Shown here in pieces: positions 1 through 8,085 of a stretch of DNA of 33,633 nt. The position numbers were made by a program, and so were the translations under genes. Source of the stretch: Wenzhouxiangellaceae bacterium (GTDB lineage: Bacteria; Pseudomonadota; Gammaproteobacteria; Xanthomonadales; Wenzhouxiangellaceae); the NCBI GenBank assembly GCA_023258355.1, contig JALQZL010000003.1:3165-36797 (forward strand). The letters are read 5' to 3'. Position 1 is the first letter of the stretch. The number at the start of each line of letters is the position of its first letter. The notes beneath the pieces are model-generated. The model ran no database searches, was not told where the DNA came from, and worked only from the letters and a program-made list of their open reading frames with translations.

Positions 1-800
1 TCGACATGGTCTTTGTCGTTGAGTACAACCAACCCATCGATTTCACCATGGGCACCAGCCTCATTTAAGCGCACTTTGAGATCGTGTCTTGTTAATCGTC
101 CGCCTTGATCAAAAGTCACCACCTTGTAATTGGCATCTTTTTGAATCTCGACATCAGTCCGCTGAATCCAGACAGACTCATGCGTCCTCCGGCGGATGAC
201 ATGCGCGACATTAGCACCTTCAGACAGATAGAATTCCGATGTCCCACTCACCAAACCTCGGCCCGTATCCGAGTGATCTTCAATTAAGGTTAAATGAGCG
301 TTTGGGCTGATATCAAAACGAAGTCTCGGGAAGAATTCATCATCAAATTCATCACTCGTGGTGATTGCAATGACCAGCTTGTGATCACCTCGCACTTCAA
401 TGCGCCAGGCTTGAGAAAAGCGCGCCAAATTGAGCCACGCAAAGGCCCCTGCCTGCTGGCCATAAAGGGCATCATAATCCTTCGCTTCCAAAAGCTCAGG
501 CGCCAAGGGCGCGACAACGAGCCCTTCTGGCAGAGCCTCAAGTGGGCTTACCAACTGACCATGATCAAAGTGCAAGACCGTCGCATCAATTGGGTAGCGT
601 GGTAGTGACGCTGTCTCGCCGATCTGGTGCCCAGCTTGCCACTTTTCCATTGACCGCAGAGATGTGTACTTCCACGCCTCTGTTTTGGTGTCGGGGAAAC
701 CAAACTGCATCACCCGCTGTTGACCCTTTTGGCGGATATTGAGGTAAGCATCATCACTTACACTGGCATCCACGCCCAGTTTTTCTGCCAGTGCGCTCAT
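1..800 (-). CDS. sufD: Fe-S cluster assembly protein SufD (3' end truncated by window edge)
   Basis: Not in the ORF track. Manual translation from ATG at 800 (TGATG overlap with the sufC stop) gives MSALAEKLGV...FGFPDTKTEAWKYTSL (SufD N-terminal P-x-x-x-x-E-x-WKYT motif) and, near the edge, GGRLTRHDLKVRLNEAGAHGEIDGL. Position after sufB-sufC fits. Confidence 0.93.
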   Translation of the reverse strand, partial: MSALAEKLGVDASVSDDAYLNIRQKGQQRVMQFGFPDTKTEAWKYTSLRSMEKWQAGHQIGETASLPRYPIDATVLHFDHGQLVSPLEALPEGLVVAPLAPELLEAKDYDALYGQQAGAFAWLNLARFSQAWRIEVRGDHKLVIAITTSDEFDDEFFPRLRFDISPNAHLTLIEDHSDTGRGLVSGTSEFYLSEGANVAHVIRRRTHESVWIQRTDVEIQKDANYKVVTFDQGGRLTRHDLKVRLNEAGAHGEIDGLVVLNDKDHV

Positions 801-1546
801 CAGGATGCCTTTTCCAAATACCCATAGCCCTCAGCCTCCAAGCGCTGGGCCAACTCAGGACCGCCACTTTCGACGATGCGACCACCTGATAAGACGTGCA
901 CATGATCTGGTGACAAATAATCAAGCAGCCGTTGGTAGTGTGTGATCACGACAAAAGATCGCTTGCCATCGCGCAGTTGGTTAATGCCATGCGCCACCAA
1001 TTTCAACGCGTCAATGTCCAGACCAGAGTCTGTCTCGTCCAAAATGGCAAGCGTTGGCTGCAAGACAGCCATCTGAACAATTTCGTTTCGCTTTTTCTCT
1101 CCACCGGAGAAACCTTCATTGACCGCTCGCTTCAGCAACGATTCATCCATTTCGAGGTCTTTGAGAGACTCTCGCACCATCTTGAGAAAGTTCACACCGT
1201 CCACTTCTTCCTCTCCGCGTGCTTTTCTTTGAGCATTTAATGCTGCACGCAGGAAGTAGGCGTTATTCACCCCAGGAATCTCAACCGGATACTGGAAAGC
1301 CAAAAACACGCCCGCAGCAGCCCGCTCATCTGGCTCCATTTCGACGAGATCCTCACCATTGAGTTCGATAGACCCTGAGGTGACTTGATAGTCTTCTCGC
1401 CCAGCCAAGGTATAACCCAGGGTAGATTTGCCTGACCCATTGGGTCCCATGATGGCATGCAACTCGCCTTCACCGACTGAGAGGTTCAGTCCTTTGAGAA
1501 TTTCTTGACCGTCTGTACTGACGTGTAAATCTTTAATTTCTAACAT
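800..1546 (-). CDS. sufC: Fe-S cluster assembly ATPase SufC
   Basis: Walker A GPNGSGKST, FLAFQYPVEIPGV, VNEGFSGGEKKRNE, ILDETDSGLDIDAL; directly after sufB. Confidence 0.98.
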   Translation of the reverse strand: MLEIKDLHVSTDGQEILKGLNLSVGEGELHAIMGPNGSGKSTLGYTLAGREDYQVTSGSIELNGEDLVEMEPDERAAAGVFLAFQYPVEIPGVNNAYFLRAALNAQRKARGEEEVDGVNFLKMVRESLKDLEMDESLLKRAVNEGFSGGEKKRNEIVQMAVLQPTLAILDETDSGLDIDALKLVAHGINQLRDGKRSFVVITHYQRLLDYLSPDHVHVLSGGRIVESGGPELAQRLEAEGYGYLEKAS

Positions 1547-1580
1547 TGTTTTCCAGTATTAAATTAAACATGTAATGCCA

Positions 1581-3026
1581 CTAGCCCACTGAACCTTCCA
1601 GCGAGATCTCCAAAAGTGCTTTGGCCTCGACGGCAAATTCCATGGGCAATTCTTTGAAAACTTCTTTACAGAACCCATCGACGATGAGCGCCACCGCTTC
1701 TTCTTCATCCAAGCCGCGAGACCGGCAATAAAACAGCTGATCCTCGCCAATTCTTGAGGTGGTGGCTTCATGCTCTATCTTCGCTGTGGCGTTAGCAGAC
1801 TCTATATACGGAAAGGTGTGTGCGCCACATGTCTTACCAATGAGCAGGCTGTCACATTGTGTGTAATTGCGGACATCATCCGCCTTCTTTGCCACTCGAA
1901 CTAAGCCACGATAGCTGTTGTTGCTGCGACCTGCAGAGATCCCTTTGGAAATGATTTTGCTGGTTGAGCCCTTACCCAAATGAATCATCTTAGTGCCAGT
2001 GTCTGCCTGTTGATGATTATGAGTGAGCGCAACGGAATAAAACTCGCCAGATGAACGCTCGCCCCGCAGGATACATGAGGGATACTTCCAAGTGATGGCG
2101 GAGCCCGTCTCGACTTGAGTCCAGCAAATACGAGACTCGGTCCCACGGCAATCGCCCCGCTTGGTGACAAAGTTGTAGATTCCACCCTTGCCATTCTCAT
2201 CACCGGGATACCAGTTTTGAACGGTCGAGTATTTAATCTGTGCTCGGTCAAGCGCCACCAATTCAACAACGGCCGCATGCAATTGATTCTCATCGCGCAT
2301 GGGTGCCGTACAGCCCTCAAGGTAACTGACCTGACTACCCGCTTCTGCCACGATTAATGTTCGTTCGAACTGGCCGGTGTCTCGAGCATTGATACGGAAA
2401 TAGGTGGAAAGCTCCATCGGGCACACTGTGTCTTTGGGAACATACACAAAGGAACCGTCAGAAAAGACCGCTGAGTTGAGTGCCGCAAAATAATTATCTG
2501 TCGGCGGAACGACACTCCCCAAATACGCCTGGACCAACTCAGGATGCTCCGCAACCGCCTCGCTCATGGAACAAAAAATGACTCCCGCTTCTTTCAACTC
2601 TTTTTGAAAGGTGGTGCCCACTGAAACAGAATCAAAGACGGCATCCACGGCCACGCCGGCCAAACGCGCCCGCTCGTGCAATGGGACGCCCAGCCTGTCG
2701 AATGTCTCCAGCAATTTTGGATCAACCTCATCCAAACTTTTCGGTCTGTTTTTTTGCTTAGGTGAGGCGTAATAGTGCAACGCTTGTAAGTCAATGGGCG
2801 GAATATTCAGATGGGCCCACTTGGGCTCTGCCATGGTCAGCCAATGCCGATACGCTTTTAATCGCCATGCCAACAGCCACTCTGGCTCATTTTTTTTGGC
2901 AGAGATCATCGCGATGACCTCCTCGTCCAACCCTGGGCGGATCATCTCCGACTCAATATCGGTTGTAAAGCCTGCTTTGTAGCGCTTTTGGATGAGGCCT
3001 TCGACTTGTTCAACTGTTTGGTTCAT
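1581..3026 (-). CDS. sufB: Fe-S cluster assembly scaffold SufB
   Basis: [65 protein letters not shown]; normal length (481 aa), no intein. Confidence 0.98.
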   Translation of the reverse strand: MNQTVEQVEGLIQKRYKAGFTTDIESEMIRPGLDEEVIAMISAKKNEPEWLLAWRLKAYRHWLTMAEPKWAHLNIPPIDLQALHYYASPKQKNRPKSLDEVDPKLLETFDRLGVPLHERARLAGVAVDAVFDSVSVGTTFQKELKEAGVIFCSMSEAVAEHPELVQAYLGSVVPPTDNYFAALNSAVFSDGSFVYVPKDTVCPMELSTYFRINARDTGQFERTLIVAEAGSQVSYLEGCTAPMRDENQLHAAVVELVALDRAQIKYSTVQNWYPGDENGKGGIYNFVTKRGDCRGTESRICWTQVETGSAITWKYPSCILRGERSSGEFYSVALTHNHQQADTGTKMIHLGKGSTSKIISKGISAGRSNNSYRGLVRVAKKADDVRNYTQCDSLLIGKTCGAHTFPYIESANATAKIEHEATTSRIGEDQLFYCRSRGLDEEEAVALIVDGFCKEVFKELPMEFAVEAKALLEISLEGSVG

Positions 3027-3056
3027 ATGAAAACGATGATCCTTATCACTCTTTTT

Positions 3057-3524
3057 TTAACGTTCAACTCGGGTGGATATTGGAATCCGACTGCCTGCCG
3101 ACCCGCCCAATGCAGGCTTCAGCCCAGCCAAATCGGCCAAAGTCAGCTCATTCAGCGCTTTTTCCACAGCAGATCCGATCTTTTGCCAACTGCTTCTCAA
3201 ACTGCAATACGCCTCGTGCGAGCAAAGCCCCGGCTCTAACCCACACTCTGTCAGGGCAATCGGCCCCTCCATCGCAGAGACGATCGAGGCCACTGAGGTC
3301 TGGCCGGGCGCACGCACCAGCTGGTAGCCTCCATTGACGCCACGGACTGAGCGCACCAGCCCGGCCCGAGCCAGCATTTTCAGGACCTTGGCCACTGTCG
3401 AGGGCTCGATGGCGGTCACCTCAGCCAACTGACTGGCCGATACCCGCTCATCCCAGACTTTCTGACGGGCTAACTCCGCCAGTAAAACCGTCGCATAGTC
3501 TGTTAATTTGCTGATTCGGAGCAT
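3057..3524 (-). CDS. SUF system Rrf2-family (IscR-like) transcriptional regulator
   Basis: MLRISKLTDYA start, wHTH with SVRGVNGGYQL, three Cys (ECGLEPGLCSHEAYC) as candidate Fe-S ligands; first gene of the suf operon. Confidence 0.93.
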   Translation of the reverse strand: MLRISKLTDYATVLLAELARQKVWDERVSASQLAEVTAIEPSTVAKVLKMLARAGLVRSVRGVNGGYQLVRAPGQTSVASIVSAMEGPIALTECGLEPGLCSHEAYCSLRSSWQKIGSAVEKALNELTLADLAGLKPALGGSAGSRIPISTRVER

Positions 3525-3563
3525 CTTGGGCCTGCTCTTTTTTAGAGATTTCTAATGATAACA

Positions 3564-3588
3564 AATGAAGACCAAATTAGTATGAATT
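3564..3588. promoter_or_regulatory. Putative Rrf2/IscR type-1-like operator
   Basis: AATGAAGACCAAATTAGTATGAATT is an imperfect 25-bp palindrome (8 of 12 pairs) whose GACCAAATTAGT core resembles IscR type-1 sites; it lies 40 bp upstream of the Rrf2 gene. Confidence 0.55.
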
Positions 3589-3658
3589 ACGTGAAGGGCA
3601 CTGATTGGATTACACTTAGCGGTGCTTTTGAATTTTGGATGCCCTAAAGGCTGCTCGT

Positions 3659-5497
3659 ATGACCACTGATGACACCTCTTTCGAGTTTTCGATGAACCTC
3701 AAACCGGCCAGTGCCGCCAAAAAAGCGGAGCCCGTGGAGCGCTGGATCGCACCGCCCTTTCGGGTCCATAAGATCAATGAGGAGTCTGGTCTCATCCATG
3801 TGGCCCGGGGCTATCCGTCAAAGGTCATCAGCCTTCAACTGGCTCAATTGTTGACCTTGTGTGATGCGTTTCGAACCAAAGGACAACATCAGCGGCACAT
3901 TCAAGAAAAACTGCAACTATCTTCCGCCCATGCCACAGATATCGCCCAAGCACTGGATTACCTGATCGAACAAGGTCTATTGATTGAAGAGAAAGCGCTG
4001 CTAACCCAGTTGAGCGAAAGCAGGCCAGCCACCAGTCAGCCCCCTGCGCTGGGACACTGTTTTATTCGAACCGCCAATCGACCAGACGCGCTCGAAGCGC
4101 TATTGGACAGTCTTCAAGCCAATGGGGCCAACCCGGTTCTGCGCGTCTGGATTCTCGACGATTCTGATCAAGCAAGCGCTGAGAGCGACAACAGCCGTCA
4201 CATCCAGGGTTTCGCTGACCAGTGGCCCGGTGCGGTGCATCACCTGACACGAGAGATTCGCCACCAATTGGTTCTCGCGATTGCCAAAGGCAGTGGCGCT
4301 GACCCTGTCACCCTCCAGTGGCTGCTCGAGGGTGATGCAGAAGATCCCGCGCTCACCTATGGCACCAATTTAAATCTCGCGCTACTGCTGGCTGCAGGAC
4401 AGCGATTTGTGATCTTTGACGATGACACGACGCTCGATAGTTACCTCTTAGAGGATGCCCATTTAGAAGTTCGAGTCTCTCCCACTCGCAACCGTCGCTT
4501 GGCGTATCTTTCGCCTGACCAACCGGAAAACACTCAGTTACCGAAAGCCAAAGTGGATGTCTTGGGAGCACACGCCCAGTGGTTGGGCCGGGGCATTGGA
4601 GAAATTGCGCAAATCGCCAGCACCCATTTTCCAAGCTTATTGCAAGACGTGGATGCAGCGCTTCTCCATCACATCCAAGACCACTCGAAAGTCAAAGTAA
4701 CGCTCAATGGCCTTTTCGGCGATCCAGGAACTGACTCGCCTAATTGGATATTCACCCAGGCAGCTGAGGATCTGGCAGAACTGTGCCAGCCAGACCCATC
4801 CACCGTCAATAAAATCTTACATCGCCGATTTGCTCGGGCCAGCCATGGCACACAAATCACCACTGATTGTGCTTTGATGTCCACGCTCCGTGGCATTGAT
4901 AATCGTGATTTGCTACTGCCTACTTTCCCCCAGGGACGAAATGAAGATTTGTTCTTCGGCAGCCTAACGAAATTCCTCTATCCCGGTGCCTTGGTTGCTA
5001 GCCTGCCTTTCATGTTGCCTCACAGACCGAATGACATGAGACATTGGGAGGCTGATGACTTTGATCGCCCAGCTAGCATTCATAGACGCTGCAGCGGCGT
5101 GACGATCCTCAGTGATTTGATTGATGGCTTGATGTTAAGTGATGGCGATCGAACCACCCGAATTCAATATCTTGTGGCATGGATGAGGCATTTCTCCAAA
5201 ATGGAGGGGTCTGCGATCAGCCAAATCATCTTGGATTATCTGGCGCAAACACAATCGGAATCAGTCGCTGCGATCAACCGAACAGCCAGTCAACTGGATG
5301 CCCCCGAATGGCTGAAGGAACTGTTTGTCCAAGTGATCGAACAGCATCTTCAGGAGGACCCAGAGATTTGGGCTAACCTCCCCAAGATCTATGAGCCCCT
5401 TCAACGCCAAACTGGGCGCTACGCCGACAGCATCCATGACTGGACCAAGGCATGGCAGTGGTGCTGCCAACGGGACATGGCGGACGAACTGCCTTGA
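3659..5497 (+). CDS. Uncharacterised protein: N-terminal PqqD/RRE-like winged helix fused to a GT-A (GT2-like) glycosyltransferase-like domain
   Basis: Long ORF (start uncertain: TTG 3635, ATG 3659 or ATG 3692). GT-A-type motifs FIRTANRPDALEALLDSL, VWILDDS, YGTNLNLALLLAAGQRFVIFDDDT, GRNEDLFFG. N-terminal LLTLCDAFRT...DIAQALDYLIEQGLL pattern. The CDS is secure; the function is inferred. Confidence 0.7.
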   Translation: MTTDDTSFEFSMNLKPASAAKKAEPVERWIAPPFRVHKINEESGLIHVARGYPSKVISLQLAQLLTLCDAFRTKGQHQRHIQEKLQLSSAHATDIAQALDYLIEQGLLIEEKALLTQLSESRPATSQPPALGHCFIRTANRPDALEALLDSLQANGANPVLRVWILDDSDQASAESDNSRHIQGFADQWPGAVHHLTREIRHQLVLAIAKGSGADPVTLQWLLEGDAEDPALTYGTNLNLALLLAAGQRFVIFDDDTTLDSYLLEDAHLEVRVSPTRNRRLAYLSPDQPENTQLPKAKVDVLGAHAQWLGRGIGEIAQIASTHFPSLLQDVDAALLHHIQDHSKVKVTLNGLFGDPGTDSPNWIFTQAAEDLAELCQPDPSTVNKILHRRFARASHGTQITTDCALMSTLRGIDNRDLLLPTFPQGRNEDLFFGSLTKFLYPGALVASLPFMLPHRPNDMRHWEADDFDRPASIHRRCSGVTILSDLIDGLMLSDGDRTTRIQYLVAWMRHFSKMEGSAISQIILDYLAQTQSESVAAINRTASQLDAPEWLKELFVQVIEQHLQEDPEIWANLPKIYEPLQRQTGRYADSIHDWTKAWQWCCQRDMADELP

Positions 5498-6483
5498 ACC
5501 AAGATCGCACTGCAGCTGCCAAAGCATGGGCGTTTGAAACCCTCCAGTCAGAAGATTGGGCGATTGAGCCGATTGGCTCTGATGCCAGTGCCCGGTGCTA
5601 CTATCGACTTGTTGGACCCGCCCAAACATGGATCCTGATGGATGCACCCCCCTCGCTTGAGCCCATCGATGCCTTTATTGATGTTCAAGCCAGGCTTGCC
5701 GATGCCCAATTAAATGTGCCTCGCATCGAGGCTTATGACCGAGTCAACGGGTTCATGTTGCTCTCTGACTTAGGCCGGCTCCCGTATTTAGAGGCACTCG
5801 ACAGCGACCGCGCCAGCGGGTTGATGGCGGCTGCTGAGGCTGCTTTATTGACTATGCAAACCAAGGTCAGCACTGCACAACTGCGCCCGTATGATGCGGC
5901 TAAGTTGCTGTCCGAGCTTGACTTGTTCACTGATTGGTTTCTCAAGCACCATTGGCGAGTGGAACCAACGGCACATGAGCTCGACCAGTGGGATACGCTG
6001 TGTTCAGTACTGATCCGTTCAGCCTTAGACCAAGCGCAAGTTTTTTGTCACCGAGATTACATGCCGCGCAATCTGATGGTGAGCGATCCCAACCCTGGCA
6101 TTTTAGATTTCCAAGATGCCGTGGTTGGTCCTGTTGCCTATGATTTGATCAGCCTTTACATGGATGCCTTCTTCAGCTGGCCTCGGGCTGATGTTGATCA
6201 CCGATTGGAAGCCTATCGGCAAAGTGGCTTGGCTGCTGGCCTGCCTTTACCTGACACCCCAGAGGCGTGGCTGCACATTTGTGATTTGATGAGTGTTCAA
6301 AGACACCTCAAAGTCATCGGCATCTTTGCGCGAATCGCCTACCGTGACGGTAAGCCAAAATACCTAGAAGATACCCCGCGGTTCTTTGCCTACTTGGCTC
6401 ATACCAGCGCACGTCAACCAGAACTGTTTTTACTGGATGAACTCCTGATGGCTTGGAAAGCACGCCGTCAGGTGGCCCATTGA
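5494..6483 (+). CDS. amgK: Anomeric MurNAc/GlcNAc kinase AmgK (APH/phosphotransferase family)
   Basis: DASARCYYRL, ILMDAPP, GFMLLSDLG, HRDYMPRNLM, GILDFQDAVVGPVAYDL, QRHLKVIGIFARIAYRDGKPKY. Start placed at TTG 5494 (TTGA overlap with the upstream stop). murU is nearby. Confidence 0.9.
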   Translation: MNQDRTAAAKAWAFETLQSEDWAIEPIGSDASARCYYRLVGPAQTWILMDAPPSLEPIDAFIDVQARLADAQLNVPRIEAYDRVNGFMLLSDLGRLPYLEALDSDRASGLMAAAEAALLTMQTKVSTAQLRPYDAAKLLSELDLFTDWFLKHHWRVEPTAHELDQWDTLCSVLIRSALDQAQVFCHRDYMPRNLMVSDPNPGILDFQDAVVGPVAYDLISLYMDAFFSWPRADVDHRLEAYRQSGLAAGLPLPDTPEAWLHICDLMSVQRHLKVIGIFARIAYRDGKPKYLEDTPRFFAYLAHTSARQPELFLLDELLMAWKARRQVAH

Positions 6484-6490
6484 TGCGCCA

Positions 6491-7303
6491 ATGGGTTTTG
6501 AGGCACGCATCCAATACCGCCTGCTTCGTGCACACAGGGCACTGTCAAAAGCCTGCCTGCCTCTTGGGCAACCACCTCCCCAGCCTTTTATTGTTTTGGC
6601 GCGACCGCGGACGGGCAGTAATTATCTCGCCTCGATGCTAGACGCTCATCCCAATATCCTTATGTTTGGTGAAAAATTGAGGCATGCCCATCCGGGGGCC
6701 GGTCGAGCGTGGCGCTCACGGCTTGGATCCCACCGCATGCCTTGGGTCAAAGCCACCGGCCTGAAACTCTTTTACACTCATCCCGAATCGGGTGACCGAG
6801 ACGAGACTTGGTCTGAGTTGATGGCTGACCCAAACCTCAGAGTCATCCACTTAGAACGTCATCAATGGCTTGATGTCATCGTCTCTGAGTTACGTGCCGA
6901 GCAGACCAATGAGTGGGTCGTTAGAACAGACCAGCGCCTGTCTGAACATGACTTACCAAAGACGTTTCGTCTGGACCCAGACTGGCTGAGGCATCAATTT
7001 GAAAAAATGACTGAGGAAAAAGAAATAAGCTTGTCATGGATTGAGGGAAAGCGCATCCAAAACCTGAGCTACGATGCCCTAAGCCAAAGGCCACAAGCGG
7101 TTATGGATCAAATATGTGCGTTCTTAGAGGTGCCCACCAAACCTGTTCGGGGCTATACCCAACGCCAGCGTCACCATCGCATAGATCAAATCATTGAGAA
7201 TCACGCCGAGTTAGTCTCTGTGTTTGCTCAATCACCATGGGCCAAGCACTTTGAGTATCCTGACCACACAAAGCTTGATAAAGATGTCAACAGCCTCAGA
7301 TGA
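6491..7303 (+). CDS. PAPS-dependent sulfotransferase, Stf0/NodH/LpsS-like
   Basis: 5'-PSB loop FIVLARPRTGSNYLASMLDAHPNILMFGE, GLKLFY, 3'-PB-like VIHLER...VS, LSYDAL...ICAFLEV. Confidence 0.85.
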   Translation: MGFEARIQYRLLRAHRALSKACLPLGQPPPQPFIVLARPRTGSNYLASMLDAHPNILMFGEKLRHAHPGAGRAWRSRLGSHRMPWVKATGLKLFYTHPESGDRDETWSELMADPNLRVIHLERHQWLDVIVSELRAEQTNEWVVRTDQRLSEHDLPKTFRLDPDWLRHQFEKMTEEKEISLSWIEGKRIQNLSYDALSQRPQAVMDQICAFLEVPTKPVRGYTQRQRHHRIDQIIENHAELVSVFAQSPWAKHFEYPDHTKLDKDVNSLR

Positions 7304-8010
7304 ATAACAAGATTCGACAAGCGATGGTCTTGGCCGCTGGGCGCGGTGAACGTCTCCGTCCTTTGACCGACCAATGTCCTAAGCCACTCCTGAAGGTGAA
7401 AAACAAACCCTTATTGATCCATCACCTAGAGCGTCTGTCGCACGCCGGCTTTGAGCGGATTGTGATCAACTTAGGGTGGCTAGGCGAGCAAATCCCGCCA
7501 CTGGTGGCTGAGTACCAAACAACCAAAAACTTGGCCTCTGTTGAGATTATTTTTTCTCAGGAACCCCAAGGCGCTTTGGAAACAGCCGGTGGTATTCGTC
7601 ATGCACTTCATCATTTTGATCAGCAGCCGTTTGCCTTGATCAGTGCCGATGTACTGACCGACCTTGATTATTCAGCACTGTCTACTCAAACCTTAAAGCA
7701 TTTGGCCCATCTATTCTTGGTCGCCAATCCCCCCCATCACCCCGAGGGCGATTTCAGATTGGGCCATGATGGTGTGTTGTTGCCCAAAGAGGCGAATACC
7801 AAAAATCCTGCGCTCACTTACAGCGGCCTCGGTGTGTTTGACCCAACATTATTTGCACCATTAGCACCCGGGCATCGGCCACTGCGCCCGGTATTGGACC
7901 AAGCCATCAATCATCAACAAGTGACTGGTCACTCGCTCACCGGCCACTGGTTAGACATCGGCACTACCGAACGGCTAGACGAGGCTGAATCCGCTACCTG
8001 GCTCGTTTAA
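7300..8010 (+). CDS. murU: N-acetylmuramate alpha-1-phosphate uridylyltransferase MurU
   Basis: AMVLAAGRGERLRPLTDQCPKPLL, IVINLGWLGEQI, LETAGGI, LAHLFLVANPPHHPEGDF, WLDIGT; ATGA overlap with the sulfotransferase. Confidence 0.92.
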   Translation: MNNKIRQAMVLAAGRGERLRPLTDQCPKPLLKVKNKPLLIHHLERLSHAGFERIVINLGWLGEQIPPLVAEYQTTKNLASVEIIFSQEPQGALETAGGIRHALHHFDQQPFALISADVLTDLDYSALSTQTLKHLAHLFLVANPPHHPEGDFRLGHDGVLLPKEANTKNPALTYSGLGVFDPTLFAPLAPGHRPLRPVLDQAINHQQVTGHSLTGHWLDIGTTERLDEAESATWLV

Positions 8011-8031
8011 CACCCAAGCCTTCACATTCAT

Positions 8032-8061
8032 TTGATAAAGGCCGGTAACGGGGGCTACACT
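8032..8061 (+). promoter_or_regulatory. Putative sigma70 promoter of the pnt operon
   Basis: TTGATA (8032-8037), 18-nt spacer, TACACT (8056-8061), followed by a GAGGT RBS and ATG at 8086. Confidence 0.5.
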
Positions 8062-8085
8062 GGGTCTAAATCAATGAGGTGTGGC

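Noticed and set aside
105-742. Small ORFs 105-287, 290-541, 294-605 and 542-742
   Set aside because: Shadows of sufD, which occupies this interval on the minus strand and is missing from the track only because it lacks a stop in the window.
6483-6641. Cys-rich short ORF coupled to the amgK stop as a precursor peptide
   Set aside because: It lies almost entirely out of frame within the sulfotransferase 5' region, including its conserved PAPS loop; most likely a shadow ORF.
5494-8010. Reading the kinase, sulfotransferase and nucleotidyltransferase as lasso-peptide tailoring genes
   Set aside because: The kinase and transferase carry AmgK- and MurU-type motifs, and no lasso cyclase or leader peptidase is present.
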